From Chiloscyllium plagiosum (Eukaryota), in NCBI RefSeq assembly GCF_004010195.1, contig NC_057718.1, positions 105,044,300-105,108,299 on the forward strand: a DNA stretch of 64,000 nt, written 5' to 3'. The notes below the pieces were generated by a model. That model made no database searches, was not told the origin of the DNA, and was given only the letters and a program-made list of their open reading frames with translations. This document shows, piece by piece, positions 38,371-51,419 of the stretch. How positions within the stretch are numbered: position 1 is the stretch's first letter; every line of letters begins with the position of its first letter. Made by a program: the position numbers and the translations under genes.

Positions 38371-40479
38371 CAACTGTAATAGCTTGCCTTTATTGTTGAG
38401 ACTGAAGGATTTACTTATTGCTTTTAATGTACAAGGCTGTGAGAAATACTAGCAGAGGGACTCTCATGAGAATCTGCAAAATTTCTTTCAATCCCAAAAC
38501 TTTCAATCCCAGATTATTCCAGGGTCTCTAGAATGAAAGATTATTCTTCAGGGCTGCTCGAATCAACATGTTGGGAAAATCACTGGGATATCAAATAGCC
38601 AGTCAGAGATGAGATGCTGGATGAACTTGTTTGACTAAATTGAAAAGATCAATTCTCCTGGAATATAGCTAAGGAGAGTTGGCAATGTGACTGAAACCAG
38701 AAACACCATCACAGCAGTGACAGGATAGAACATAAATATTTCAGTGAGGGAAACAAAAGAAGTGTATCTTATAGGAAGAGATTGGCTCAATGACAGACTC
38801 AAATTAATTATTGAATGAGTTCAGGGTGTTTGAGAGATTGAGGATTGGAGATCCTCATTTATTGTTCTTCCAGGCACGTGTATTTTGCAGACAAACTTAC
38901 AAACACCAGCGTATAGTTTGGAATCTAACAACTACAATTTGCAGCTGTCTGACAGGGAACCAGCCACACCGCAGCCTTGATCTCAAAGCACCTGGTACAG
39001 TTTAGAACCTAGAACCCAAATAGTTAGAAATGTCAGGAAATGATTAAGGATTGAAATTATATGACCACAAACATGAGACTGTTCACAAATGTGTCAATAT
39101 ATGGAGAACAGTTTATTTTCTGGAATGAGATGCATTAAAGGTGCAATTTATTCCTCCACAACATATTTGAAACTTACTCTGAATAAGTGAAACTGTACAG
39201 GTATGTTCAACAGATGTATGCATTCCACTCTCAAAACAGTTGGGACCATGATTGCACAACCCCCCACACCCATTTATTTTGCTCTGTGTCACTTCATTGG
39301 ATTCCTGGGGAATGACTGCATTAGGGAAAGTAAATTGCCATCATAGGGAGAACAGAACTCCTCTCTCAGTCACAGTGAGGGAATCCCAAATCAAAAATGG
39401 AGCCCATTCGGCCATTGTGCCTATTTTAGCCCTTTGTAGAACTTTGCCAATTCATCCACCTGTCATGACCATCAGGTACATTCATGGCGCAGGCCACTAC
39501 CCTGTGGGTCGGTGTCCCTCATGGACCTTTTCCTTTATAATGGTTCTAGTCGAAGGAAACCAGCTTTTGTTTAAACAGGTTCATTTATATCAAGCTATTG
39601 CTGAAGGTTTCTTTGAGAAAAAATCAGATTAATTTATTAACAAGAAAAAAACACTTGTCAGTATTACTTTGTCTTATCTGTAATTTCTGTTTCATAATTT
39701 CATTTTTTAATAAATTTCTGTGGTAAACTGTTGGGGCCATTTGCCAAAATGAAAAGGTTAACATTTGAAGTCAGATCCAGCAGCTGCGATGCATCTTTTA
39801 GAATTGGATGTAGATTTTCTTGTCACGTGTACTCGAGTACAGGAGTACAGTAAAAAGTGTACAAAGTCACCATTCTCCGGTTCCACCTTCCTTTACAAAA
39901 GACAGGATTGAAAACAGAAACTGAAATAAAATAAACAGCTGAAAGAAAAGGAAACGTCCAGATCACACACCACCCTCCCCCCCCGGCCAGGCCCCAGACT
40001 AGGCTCAAACCCAACAGAGAGCCAATGGTGCCAAAGCAGCCTGTGCCATCTCCAGGGACTGCCATTTCAGTTAAGGAACCCACCGCTGCCGACACTCTGG
40101 CACGGGGACCAATGTCACTGGAAAAGGGGAAAGGAAGGAAAAAAAAAGAAAGAGAGAGAGAAAAAAGGGTTTAATCCCTGGCCTTAGGACCCAGGCTTGA
40201 GAACTGCAACTCCACTATCGCCATCTTGGATTTGATAGTTGAATAAGATGTTTTTTTGTGCAGGTCTGTTTCCCAAAGCCACAGGGTCTTCTTGGAGTTC
40301 TGCCCCAAGATGCCTGTGCAGTCAATTTTATAGAAGTTTCTATTTGTAGAAGTGCCTGTTCTAGATTGATAATTTAGTTCTCCAACTATGAGAGCTAAAT
40401 TGCCCAGGTTTTGGGCTAGATTCATCTCTTGTATCTAAATCTGAGTCTGGTACAGTAGAGAAGAGGAGCAAGTTAAATA

Positions 40480-43400
40480 ATCAAGGAAGGCAAGAGCAAG
40501 GCAGAGAACGAGATGAGACTGATAAACAAACTGCATTTATTTCAATGCAAGAGGCCTGACATACAAGGCAGGTGAACTCAGGGTATGGTGGGGAACATGG
40601 GACTGGGATGTAACCATTACAGAAACATGGCTCAGGGAAGGGCAGGATTGGCAGCTTAATATTCCAGGAAAAAAATGCAATAGGAAGGATAGAAAGGGAG
40701 ATGAGAAGAGGGGGAGTGGTGTTTTTGATAAGGGATAGCATTACAGTTGTACTGAGGGAGGATATTCCTTGAAATACATCCAGGGAAGTTACTTGGGTAG
40801 AAATTGGGTGGGCGGCACGGTGGCCCAGTGGTTAGCACTGCTGCCTCACTGCACCAGAGACCCGGGTTCAATTCCCGCCTCAGGCAGGGAGTTTGCACGT
40901 TCTCCCCGTGTCTGCGTGGGTTTCCTCCGGGTGCTCCGGTTTCCTCCCACAGTCCAAAGATGTGCAGGTCAGGTGAATTGGCCATACTAAATTGCCCGTA
41001 GTGTTAGGTAAGGGGTAAATGTAGGGGTATGTGTGGGTTGTGCTTCGGCGGGTCTGTGTGGACTTGTAGGGCCGAAGGGCCTGTTTCCACTCTGTAATGT
41101 AATCTAATTTAGACACAGTAAATTAGAAATAAGAAAGGGATGATCACCTTATTAGGATTGAACTATAGATTGAACAATCCCCCCCCCCCGCCCCCCACAT
41201 ACACATACACCCAAAGTCAGTGGAAATTGAGAAACAAATTTGTAAGGAGATCTCTGTTATCTGTAAGAATAATAGAGTGGTTGTGGTCAGGGATTTTAAC
41301 TTTCCAAACATAGATTCGACCTGCCATAGTGTTAAGGGTTTGGATGAAGAGGAATTTGTTAAGTGTGTACAAGAAAACTTGCTTATTCAATATCAGGAGT
41401 AAAACTTGGAGCTTCTCTTGAGGAATAAAGCAGAGCTATGGCTCTAAGCGACTGAGGTTGCAATGGGGAAGCACTTTGGGGCCAGTGATCATAACTCTAT
41501 TAGTTTTAAAATAGTCGTGGAAAGGGTAGACCTGGCCTAAAAGTTAAAGTTCTAAGTTGTAGTAAGACCAATTTGACAGCATTAATCAAGAACTTTCAAA
41601 AGTACTTTGGGAGTAGCTGTTACTGGGTAAAGGGATGATTGGAAAGTGGGAGGTCTTTAAAGATGAGATGAGTTCAGAGGCAGTATGTTCCTCTTAGTGC
41701 AATGGGCAAGGCTAGAAGGTGTAGGGAATGTTGGCTTACTAGAGAAATTGAGACTCAAGAAAAAGAAGGATGCATAAGCCCCCAGGTATAGACAGCGGGG
41801 ATCGAGTGAATCTCTAGTGGAGTATAAGGGAATAGGAGTATATTCAAAAGGGAAATCAGGAGGGCAGACAGGGGACAAGAGATAGCTTTGGCAAATAGAA
41901 TTAAGGAGAATCCAAAGAGATTCTACAAATACATTAATGAGAAAAGAGTAATTAGAGAGAGAATAGAGCTCCTTAAAGACCAGTGTGGCCAACTATGTGT
42001 AGAACTGCAGGAGATGGGTGAATATTAAACACGCATCAGCATTTACTATGGAGAAGGATATGGAAGCTATAAAACTTTGGAAACTAAATAGCAACATCTT
42101 GAAAAATGTCTATATTACAGAGGAGGTGATGCTGGACATTTTAAAAATAGATAAATCCCCAGGACCTGATCAGGTGTACCCTAGAAGCTAAGGAAGTAAT
42201 TGCTGGGTCCCTTGATGAGATATTTGTATCATCGATAGCCACAGATAAGGTGCCAGAAGACTGGAGGTTGGCTAACGCAGTGCCATGGTTTAAGAAAGGT
42301 AGTAAGGAACAGCCAGGGAACCATAGACCATTGAGCCTGATGTTGGTGGTGGGCAAGTTGTTGGAGGGAATCCTGAGGGACAGGATGTACATATATTTGG
42401 AAAGGCAAGGACTGTTTAGGGATAGTCAACATGGCTCTGTTTTTCAAGAAGTGAGAAAGAAGGCTGATGAGGGCAGAGCGGTAGATGTTGTCTAAATTGA
42501 CTTCAGTAAAGCATTTGATGAGGTTCCCCATGGGAAACTGGTTAGCAAGGTTAGATCACATGGAATTGGGGGAACTAGCCAATTGGATACAAAATTGGTT
42601 TGAAGGTAGGAGACAGAGGGTGGTGGTGCAGGGTTGTTTTTCAGACTGGAGGCTTGTGACCAGTGGAGTGCCACAAGGATCGATGCTGGGTCCACTGCTT
42701 TTCATCATTTTCATAAATAATTTGAATGTGAATATGGAAGATATGGTTAGTAAGTTTGCAGATTACGCCAAAATAGGTGGACAGTGAAGAACATTATCTG
42801 AGAGTAGAATGGGATCTTGATCAGATGGGCCAATGGGTTGAGGAGTGGCAGATGGAGTTTATTGTAAATAAATGAAGTGTTGCATTTTGGAAATCACGGC
42901 AGGACTTATACACTTAATGGTAAAGTCCTAGAAAGTATTGCCAAACAAAGGGACCTGGGGTGCAGGTGCATAGCTCCTTGAAAGTGGAGTTGCAGGTATA
43001 TAGGATCGTGAAGAAGGCATTTGGTATGCTTGCCTTTATTGGTCAGAGTATTGAGTACAGGAGTTGGGAGGTCATGTTGCAGCTGTACAGGCCACTTTCA
43101 GAACACTGAGTGCAATTCTGGTCTCCCTCTTAACGGAAGGATCTTGTGAAACATGAAAGGGTTTTGAGGATGTTGCCAGGATTAGAAGCTTGAGCTATAG
43201 GCAGCGGTTGAATAGGCTGGGTTCCCTGGAGCATCAATGGCTGAAGGGTGACCTTAAGGAAGTTTATAAAATCGTGAGAGGAATGGATAGGATAAATAGA
43301 CAAGGTCTTTTCACAGGGTGAGGGAGTCCAGAACTAGAGGGCACAGGTTTAAGGTGAGAGGGGAAAGATATAAAAGAGACCTAAGGGGCAACGTTTTCAC

Positions 43401-43635
43401 GCAAAGGGTGGTACGTAAATGGAATGAGCTGCCAGAGGAAGTGGTGGAGGCTGGTACAATTGCAACATTTAAAAGGCATCTGGATGGGTATATGAATAGG
43501 AAGGGTTTGGAGGGATATGGGCCGGGTGCTGGCAGTGGGACTAGATCAGTTTAGGATATCTGATCAGCATGGACGGGTTGGATCAAAGAGTTTGTTTCTG
43601 TGCTGTACAATTCTTTGACTCTATGACTGTGACTC
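40480..43635 (+). mobile_element. CR1 family A spanning nearly all of ORF2, multiply disrupted
   Basis: From endonuclease N-terminus (CIYFNARGL-like) through DFNFPNID and GVPQGSMLGPLLF/KFAD to the CTATGACT tail; many stops and frameshifts. Confidence 0.93.
40807..41108 (+). mobile_element. HE1-type V-SINE nested in CR1
   Basis: Near-identical to 30628-30934. Confidence 0.92.
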
Positions 43636-45019
43636 TGTCAGCTTTTTAAATGCCATAGTTGAAGATTCAAAATCCCCTACTTTGATGTCTATTGAGGAAG
43701 GAAACAGTACTTTACACTTTAGAAGGACCTGTCATGTTGCCCAGGGCTAGATGCATTCTAAGAGGCGCTCTTTTGTTATTTGAGACTGACATACTGTTCA
43801 ATTGGCTTTGAAACAGTCCACTGTCTCTTAACTGATACAGTCTGCTCTGGTCTCCATCTTGAACAGACATGTTTACCTTAGAAGCAATGTGCAGGATTTT
43901 GAAGCAAAATGTCCTTTTTTAAACAGCTATGATATCAGATGACATGTTTGTAATCCAATTCCACTCGCCTTGGAGTTCCAGACCCATTTCTCTTTCTGAT
44001 GTGCGGATCGAGTTTGAGTGTGCTCAACAAGGTGGACTAGAGCTCATTAAAACCAGCAACCCATGAATCGGAACAAACTTTAAATAATTTCTGAAGTTAA
44101 GAGGGAAAAGTAGTTTTTGAGCAGAATTCCAGAGGGCAAGATGTAATAAACAAAGGAATGAGATTGATATAGAGGAACATTTCTGCTTTGAAAATGTTGG
44201 ACAATCACCAATAAATCCAACTGGGAATTTGGGGGGAAATCTTTACCCAGAGAGTGAGGAGAATGTAGAATTCCTTACCACAGGGACTGCTTGCTAAAAG
44301 TAGAATCAACACATTTAAGGAGAAGTTTGGGAAATACAGTTGGGAGAAAGGAACACATGGACAAGCTGACAGACTGGAGAAGTAGGGAATGGAGCAGAAA
44401 GAGAATGCACATATTCATGACATGATGATGTATACAATGTTGTAACACTGGTGTTAGCTATTAAGATTCAGTGAGGATGGAATAACCCATCTGAGAGGGC
44501 TGTGTTACAGTGATCCGTGTAATGTAAAAGAGTTGGCTGGAATAGGGGCAAAGATATAACAGGCTCAGAGTGCAGACAATCCAGGATAAGGGAGCAGCCT
44601 CTACAGCACAGGGCTCAGTCCCTAGTTGCAAACCACATGTCAGCCTAACACAAGAGGACTGATTGATTAAAGATCATCTCAGTGAAGACAGAACAAATCA
44701 GTTAGGGGGTGGGAAAGGTGTGGAGGGTAAACAGCACAGAACAGTTAAGCTGGATGGTCTGTAGGTGCTGTAAATGCTATTTAATTCAATACAATGTAAT
44801 TCCCTTTTTTGAAGTTACTATTGATTGTGTTTCCCCTGGGTTTTTAGTCAGTGCATGCCAGATCAAGTCTCTGTTTGTGAAGACAAGAGTTCTGTCTGTA
44901 TTTTGTACTTTTCACTCAGTTAATTTTATGAAAGTGAGGCAGTTTTCTCTGGACTTTCCCCTTCCACCCTCAAGTGACAAATTCATAATCTCTCTGATTG
45001 TGAAGTCTCCTTGCAGCTT

Positions 45020-45860
45020 TTGTGTAGTATAGAACTGCAGGAAAACATAGACGAGTTGGAATAGGCAGATATCTGCCACGTTTGGTCCGATGCAGAGAAC
45101 TGTGAGGTGATGCATTTTGGTCAGAAGAACATTGAAAGACAATATAAATGGGGGTACAATTCTAAAAGGGGTACAGTGGAACCTGGGGGTCTCTGTGCAC
45201 AGATCATTGAAAGTGGCAGGAAGGTGGAGAGAACAGCAAGTAAAGCCGTGAGTGTCCTTGGCTTTAGTAATCTTGGCCTAGAGTACAAGAGCAAGGAAAT
45301 AATGTTAATTTGTACAAGAAACCTGTTAAACCTCAGTTGGAGTATTGTATACAGCCTTGTGTGTCACATTGTAATAAAGATGTGAACATATTGGAGACAG
45401 GACAGAAACAATTTACAAGAATGGTTCTCGGGATAAGAAACTTCAGTGATGATGATAGATTGAAGAAATGCTGTATTACTATGACTCAAAGTTGGAGCTG
45501 TTCTCCGTGGAGTGAAGAAAGGAAAGAGAAGTCTTCACAGACTTTTCAAAATCATGATTGGGGCCTGGGGATACATTAGATAGGGGGAAAGTCTTTCAAC
45601 TTGTATAAGGGCCGAGATTTAAAGAGATCTACAAAAGAAGTAAGGCTAATGTAAGGAAATATTAACACAGTGAGGAACATTGCTTGGAATCATGGTGGAG
45701 GCAGGTTCAGTTAGATATGCCAGGGGGCATTGGATGGTTGTTTGGATAAAAAGATGTCCAAAGGGACAGGGGAAGCAGGAGATTGGCATTAGGTAATGAA
45801 GCACATTTGAAGAACTGGTGTAGGCATGATGGGCTGAATGGCCTCCTCATGTGTCCTCCC
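45020..45860 (+). mobile_element. Old CR1 3' fragment
   Basis: CEVMHFG, PQLEYCIQ and GGGCTGAATGGCCTCCT tail. Confidence 0.8.
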
Positions 45861-45899
45861 CATCATGGTAGAGAGTGGCACAGGTCAGCAGCAGCCCCC

Positions 45900-46290
45900 T
45901 AGTACCACGCCACCCCCCCACACACACGGGCTCTGAACCTGCCATCCATGAGGGGACAGATGGGGAATGGGGAGGGGGGTGCAGGAAGAGGAGGGGGAAG
46001 GGGGTGGCTAGGGAGGAGGAGGGGAGGGAGTGAGGCGGAGGGAGCTGGCCAACTTTGTGAACTACAGCTCCCAGGATGCTGTCCGCTGGAGCTGACTCGG
46101 GTTCTGCTGGGGGAGGGAGAGAGAGGAGAGGAGGAGTTAGACACAGTCTGGCTGCAGGGAGGATAGAGAGACGGAGACAGAGAGGTCCCCTCTCCCGGAG
46201 GACAAGGAGACTTCAGCTGGCGAGAGGCTGGGGTTTGCGCATTAAACAAAACAAAATCCAGCCCCACACTGACACCAAAGACCGAACACG
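45900..46290 (+). promoter_or_regulatory. Putative Pol II promoter and non-coding first exon of an unidentified gene
   Basis: GC-rich unique island, G-rich Sp/KLF-like tract 45960-46045, ZNF143-type motif ACTACAGCTCCCAGGATGC at 46061-46079, donor ACG|GTAAGA at 46290/46291. Confidence 0.68.
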
Positions 46291-46759
46291 GTAAGAAAAG
46301 TTGCCTTGTAGCTTCCTCGGGGAGAAGGGGATGTTCCAGACTGGGTGTGTTTGGAGATTGCTTTGGCTCTGATCTGAAACCCCATGTTGAGAGCGAAGCT
46401 TTCCTTTCTCCATTGTATTTGTGTGGCTTAGACTGAGCGTGTGTTTCTGCAGCAGTGTGTGTGTGTGTCTGAGGGTGTGTGTGTGTTTCTCTCGTTCTGT
46501 ACCTCCTGCTGGTTGAGCCGCTTGCCCCCTGAGCTGGGCTGTGGGGGTGGGAGGCACATTCCGCCTGAGACTCCACACAAAGAGGCTCCCGCAGCCCCGG
46601 GGCCAGAGAGACGCTCCACACCGACAAACAGCTAATGATTCCGGACCACCCTCCCACGGAATGCTAGCTATGAAAGGGAGCGGAGCTCACAATACAGCCT
46701 GGATCAGGACTGATTGAAAAGACTGACCATTCACAGCGGTAGCAAGAAGCGAATTAAAA

Positions 46760-47410
46760 AGAAAGACCTGCATTTTTATAGCGCTTATTGCGTCTCGTAG
46801 CGTCCTGCAGCCAATGGAATGCCTTTTAAAGTGTAGCAGCTTTTGTAATGTAGGAAACGAGGCAGCCAGCGTGCGCACAGCAAGATCCCATAAGCAGCAG
46901 CTGGTGATGACCATAGCATGTGTTGTGCTGTTGTTAGGAAATGGCCTGTTTTTCTCAGAGGCGGATGCGGGGGAGGGGAGAAGCACAGATTTAGAGACTT
47001 AGAGGAAGCCGTTTTTCACGGAGAGAATGGTAGGGTCTGAAACAGACTGAGGGCCGAAACCCTCAACTCATATTCACCTGAATTCACAGAACCTAAAGGC
47101 TAAGGACCAATGCTGATAAAATAGGATTAAGCTGTGTACCTCATTTTTCAGCCAGCACAAGAGATTATCTGCCATAAAACCATATTGGTTAGGGCAGCAA
47201 GGATAACTGATCTACTTCAAGAAGCTATGAGATCCTTTACATCTGTTCAATCTGGCAAGGGTCTCAATTTGACACTGTCCCTGACAGTGCAGCACTCCCT
47301 CAGATGCTCCTCCGGAGTGTCAATCTTCTGCTTAAATCCTGGAGTGGGATTTGAACCCAGAACCTCATGATTCAGGGGTGACTGTGCTACCCACTGAACA
47401 ACTGCTGATT
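46760..47410 (-). mobile_element. Old tRNA-headed SINE (Deu/SacSINE1-like, tentative) interrupted by a CR1 scrap
   Basis: Tail at 46760-46940; head at 47270-47410 with minus-strand B box GGGTTCAAATCCC. Confidence 0.55.
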
Positions 47411-48417
47411 GATTTGTCTGGAATCCAGTTGTTCTCTGCTTGAATCACTGAAGGCATGGCTCCCTGTTACTGGACACTCTAGGCTGGGAAAGATGAGAAT
47501 GGAAGAGGCTACTTGATCTTTGGAATTATCTTTGTGTAACTAACATCTTTCAGAACAAGCCATGCCACAGAGTGTCTGGAGACATCCCAGATCCAGGCTT
47601 TGGCACCAGCTGGATCTGATCATCACCAGACATTACTCTCTCACAGCATTCTCAGCACAGGCTGCTACCACAATGCTGACTGTGATACAGATCACTTCTT
47701 GTTAATGCACCACAATCAGGCTACAACCTTCAAGGTTTTTCCATTCAAAGCAGAAACGTGTCCTTGTATCAGAGTCAGTCATGCTGACCCAGAACAAAAA
47801 ACCAATAGTTCCATGACTTAATAGAATAGGCACTTTTTGGCATTCCCACACAGAATGAAAGAGCAAAATGGGACATACTTCAGGACAGTATCCACAACAC
47901 TGCACTCTCATCATGTGGGAAACAAGAGTAAAAAATGCTGACTGATGTTAACCTCAAATGATTGTCTTAGTATACACCATAGAAGCTAAACAGTCTGTTC
48001 TCATTAATTACAAGAGAGATCCGAATGAGAAACTCTGAATACTGTAAGAACTGCTCAGAGGAAAGTTCAAGACACTGTTCGGGAGCGTGCTGTGACTGCT
48101 GGGTTCAACTGCCAACATATTCAGATGTCCTTCAACACTAGGAATGTTTGACAGAATCAGAAAGTGAAGAGGTCCATCAGCAAAGAAAACAACTCTGTTA
48201 ATTAAGCTATAAACAGTTGGAGAGATGGGAGAAACATTACATTGAGTTGTACTGTAAGGAGAACACAGTCACTGAAGAAAGTCCACCAGAGATGGACCTC
48301 AATCCACAGTACAGAAACTGAGCAAAGCTGTTTTTTACCCTTCCATGGTTGAAGCTCCAGTTGGCAATGCTGGATTCACTGAGCATGGGGAACTGGCATT
48401 CCTGTAGCTTCTACATG

Positions 48418-48556
48418 AAAAGAAACCTAAACATGTAAACAGAAAGCAGGAACGTTCAGCATTGCTTCGCATGAGGTCCACTGAAGATGTTACCTAGTAA
48501 GGTAATGAAATGTCTGGAAATGAACCGTTCAGCTCAGCGAGCAAACCTACATCCAA
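48418..48556 (+). mobile_element. ~140-bp Penelope-like family D element with 12-bp TSD
   Basis: AGCTTCTACATG at 48406-48417 and 48557-48568. Confidence 0.87.
48478..48517 (+). ncRNA. Minimal hammerhead ribozyme motif (family D)
   Basis: CCA-CTGAAGA-T-GTTACC-TAGTAA-GGTAAT-GAAATGTC-TGG; stem I CCA/TGG, 6-bp stem II, GUC site; two probable CpG decays. Confidence 0.7.
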
Positions 48557-48681
48557 AGCTTCTACATGGATTTTTTATCACTGCTGCAAGGAGGAGGCAG
48601 TGCCACAGGATATGTGTGATACAAAGGTTGTGAATCTGTATGAGAACGAGGATGGTCACAGTAATTGCAACAATTATTGAG

Positions 48682-48779
48682 GCAAAAACAGAAAATCTGG
48701 AAAAACTCAGCAGGTCTGGCAACATCTGTGGAAGGAAAGCAGAGTTAATGTTTTGGGTCACGTGACTGTTCTTCAGAAC
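48682..48779 (-). mobile_element. Family C element inserted in RTE
   Basis: Minus strand AGTT-CTGAAGA..GTCACGTGACCC-AAAACATT-AACT, a decayed hammerhead with stem I AGTT/AACT. Confidence 0.75.
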
Positions 48780-49249
48780 TCCTGTAGCACATCATGGGAG
48801 AAGTATTCCCAAGTGTTGCTCTTGCTAGACTAGATCCTGGTTGAACTTATTTACCCTGAATCCCAAGGTGTTTTCAGAACTGGTAGATTTTCAGGTGGCA
48901 TGATCACCTGTACAGCAGCTGGAAGGGAAATATGGTGAACAAATGTATCATCACACCTGTTTACAATGGGCTAAATGGACTCCTGTTCTGTCAGTCTCAA
49001 TAGTGCTCTCATAACGTGGCTTCCCATTTTGTTTGTGTAGCTGCTAGCTGTCCTGCATTTATTTCCATTGTGCCCAATTCTTTATTTCTAGAAAATATTG
49101 ATTTTTGCTTTATTTTAATAGGGAGATTTTAAGGATTGCAGTAAGTGAATCAACTTCCAGGTGGTATAGAGAAAAACTATACGGTGAAAGTGTTTGACAA
49201 AAAGTGTCTTTGACCTGAAACATGAACCATTTCTGTCTCCATGGTGTTC

Positions 49250-49342
49250 AAAGTTAAAAATCACACCACGAGGTTATAGTCCAACACGTTTATTTGGAAG
49301 CACTAGCTTTCGGAGAACTGCTCCTTCAACAGGTAGTTGTGG
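49250..49342 (-). mobile_element. Penelope-like family B fragment
   Basis: Matches 22536-22618; core reads CTGTTGA (mutated)..GGAG..CTCC-GAAAGCTA. Confidence 0.83.
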
Positions 49343-50033
49343 ACTGGGATTAATAGGATTGTTTGCAATATACGATTGTTTGCAGACCTGTGGTGTATTT
49401 CCAACATTCTCAGATTTTATTTAGAGGTTTTGTAGTGTTAAATCCTGTATATTGGTGACAGAGTTGTAGACCTAAATATTCTTTCTGCTGTATCTCCCCT
49501 GTCAACTGTAAGTGACGTGATGGGATTTCGTATNNNNNNNNNNNNNNNNNNNNNNNNNNNNNNNNNNNNNNNNNNNNNNNNNNNNNNNNNNNNNNNNNNN
49601 NNNNNNNNNNNNNNNNNNNNNNNNNNNNNNNNNNNNNNNNNNNNNNNNNNNNNNNNNNNNNNNNNNNNNNNNNNNNNNNNNNNNNNNNNNNNNNNNNNNN
49701 NNNNNNNNNNNNNNNNNNNNNNNNNNNNNNNNNNNNNNNNNNNNNNNNNNNNNNNNNNNNNNNNNNNNNNNNNNNNNNNNNNNNNNNNNNNNNNNNNNNN
49801 NNNNNNNNNNNNNNNNNNNNNNNNNNNNNNNNNNNNNNNNNNNNNNNNNNNNNNNNNNNNNNNNNNNNNNNNNNNNNNNNNNNNNNNNNNNNNNNNNNNN
49901 NNNNNNNNNNNNNNNNNNNNNNNNNNNNNNNNNNNNNNNNNNNNNNNNNNNNNNNNNNNNNNNNNNNNNNNNNNNNNNNNNNNNNNNNNNNNNNNNNNNN
50001 NNNNNNNNNNNNNNNNNNNNNNNNNNNNNNNNN

Positions 50034-50670
50034 ATGTGCCTGTCCGTCAGTCGCTTAAATGTCCCCAGTGACTCTGCATCCACCACCACAGCTGGCAACT
50101 CTCTGCGTAAAGAACCTATCTCTGATGTCTCCTTTATACCTTCCTCCTAATATCTTCAAACTATTACCCCTCGTACCAGTCAATCCTGCCCTGGGGAAGT
50201 CTCTGGCGATTGACTCTATCTATTCCACTCATTATCTTGTATACCTTGATCAGGTCTCCTCTGTTCCTCCTTCTCGCCAGACAGAAAAGTCTGAGCTTAT
50301 TCAACCTTTCTTCATAAGACAATTCTCCAGTCCAGGCAGCTTCCTTGTAAACCTTCTTTGCACCCTCTCCAACGCCTCAGTATCTTTCCTATAATAGGGC
50401 GACCAGAACTGGACTCAATATTCCAAGTGTGGTTTCACCAGGGACTTGTAGAGCTGTAGCAAAACCTCACAGCTCTTTAAACTCGATCCCCACTGTTCAT
50501 GAAAGCCAAAACGCCATTGCTTTCTTAACAACCCTATCCACTTGGATCGGAGGGATCTGGGTGTGCAAGTACATAGATCCCTCCGATCCTCCACACTGCC
50601 AACAATCCTGTCTTTAATCCTATATTCAGCATTTGAGTTTGACCTTCCAAAATGCATCACTTCACATTTA
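50034..50670 (-). mobile_element. CR1 fragment
   Basis: KCEVMHFGRSN and LYKSLVKPHLEY on the minus strand. Confidence 0.88.
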
Positions 50671-51419
50671 TACGCACCTATGCTCTTCACGCTCTTTCTC
50701 TCACTCACACACACACACACACACACGCAACCCCACTCCCTCCATGCTCTCTCTCACGCATCCCTCCGCACTCCCTCTCACACACCTCCCTTCCTGCCAC
50801 TCACTCCCCCCGTGTACACCTGAACCCTCAACCCTCTCCCTCAGAAACACCCTTGCACTCTGCCGTCCGCCCAATCCAGCCCCCAAAACCTCTTCAAACA
50901 AAGATCCACATGCCTCCGCACCACCCACTGAAACTAAAACAACATAACTAGCCTTGTCCCGAACCCACTGCTTCCACCTCAAATCTTCCTCTTTTTGTGT
51001 CTCTGACCCCTTACCCTCAATCCCGTTTTCTCACTGCCCCTCTTTTAGCCCCGTCACTATTCAATCACTGTCCAGGCAGGCTACTTTTCAGGTTGAGGTG
51101 AAATACTGAATTTGTTTATTGCCCGGTTCTAGAGACATTCAGCACAGAAACAGACCTACTGTGAATTTTGTTTAAAAGAATACAAAAGGGAAACCAGTGA
51201 GTGTTTATGATCAAACATTAATGTTCAATCAATATTTTGAGTGGTAATGGTGGTAATAATTGTAATATAATGACTGAGGTAGAAATCTACTCAACATTCT
51301 CAGCTAACGGGCATTACATTCTGGTAGTATGAAGTTTTGCCCAATGCTAGGAACTGTTTGGATTTATCCATGTAGAGATGATACCTCTTGTTGAGTTGGT
51401 TCTTCCTGTTGGCAGATGA

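Larger units (their letters stand above)
47440..48950 (+). mobile_element. Decayed RTE-clade LINE
   Basis: WRHPRSRLWHQLDLIITR, YHNADCDTDHFL and PQDMCDTKVVNLY..CNNY motifs typical of RTE ORFs. Confidence 0.82.

Noticed and set aside
40480..43635. Active full-length LINE
   Set aside because: ORF2 is broken by many stops, frameshifts and a SINE; no ORF1 recognised.
45899..46657. 252-aa minus ORF and 72-aa plus ORF from ATG 46076
   Set aside because: Low-complexity products of a GC-rich island; the ATG lies inside the ZNF143-type motif; no recognisable domain.
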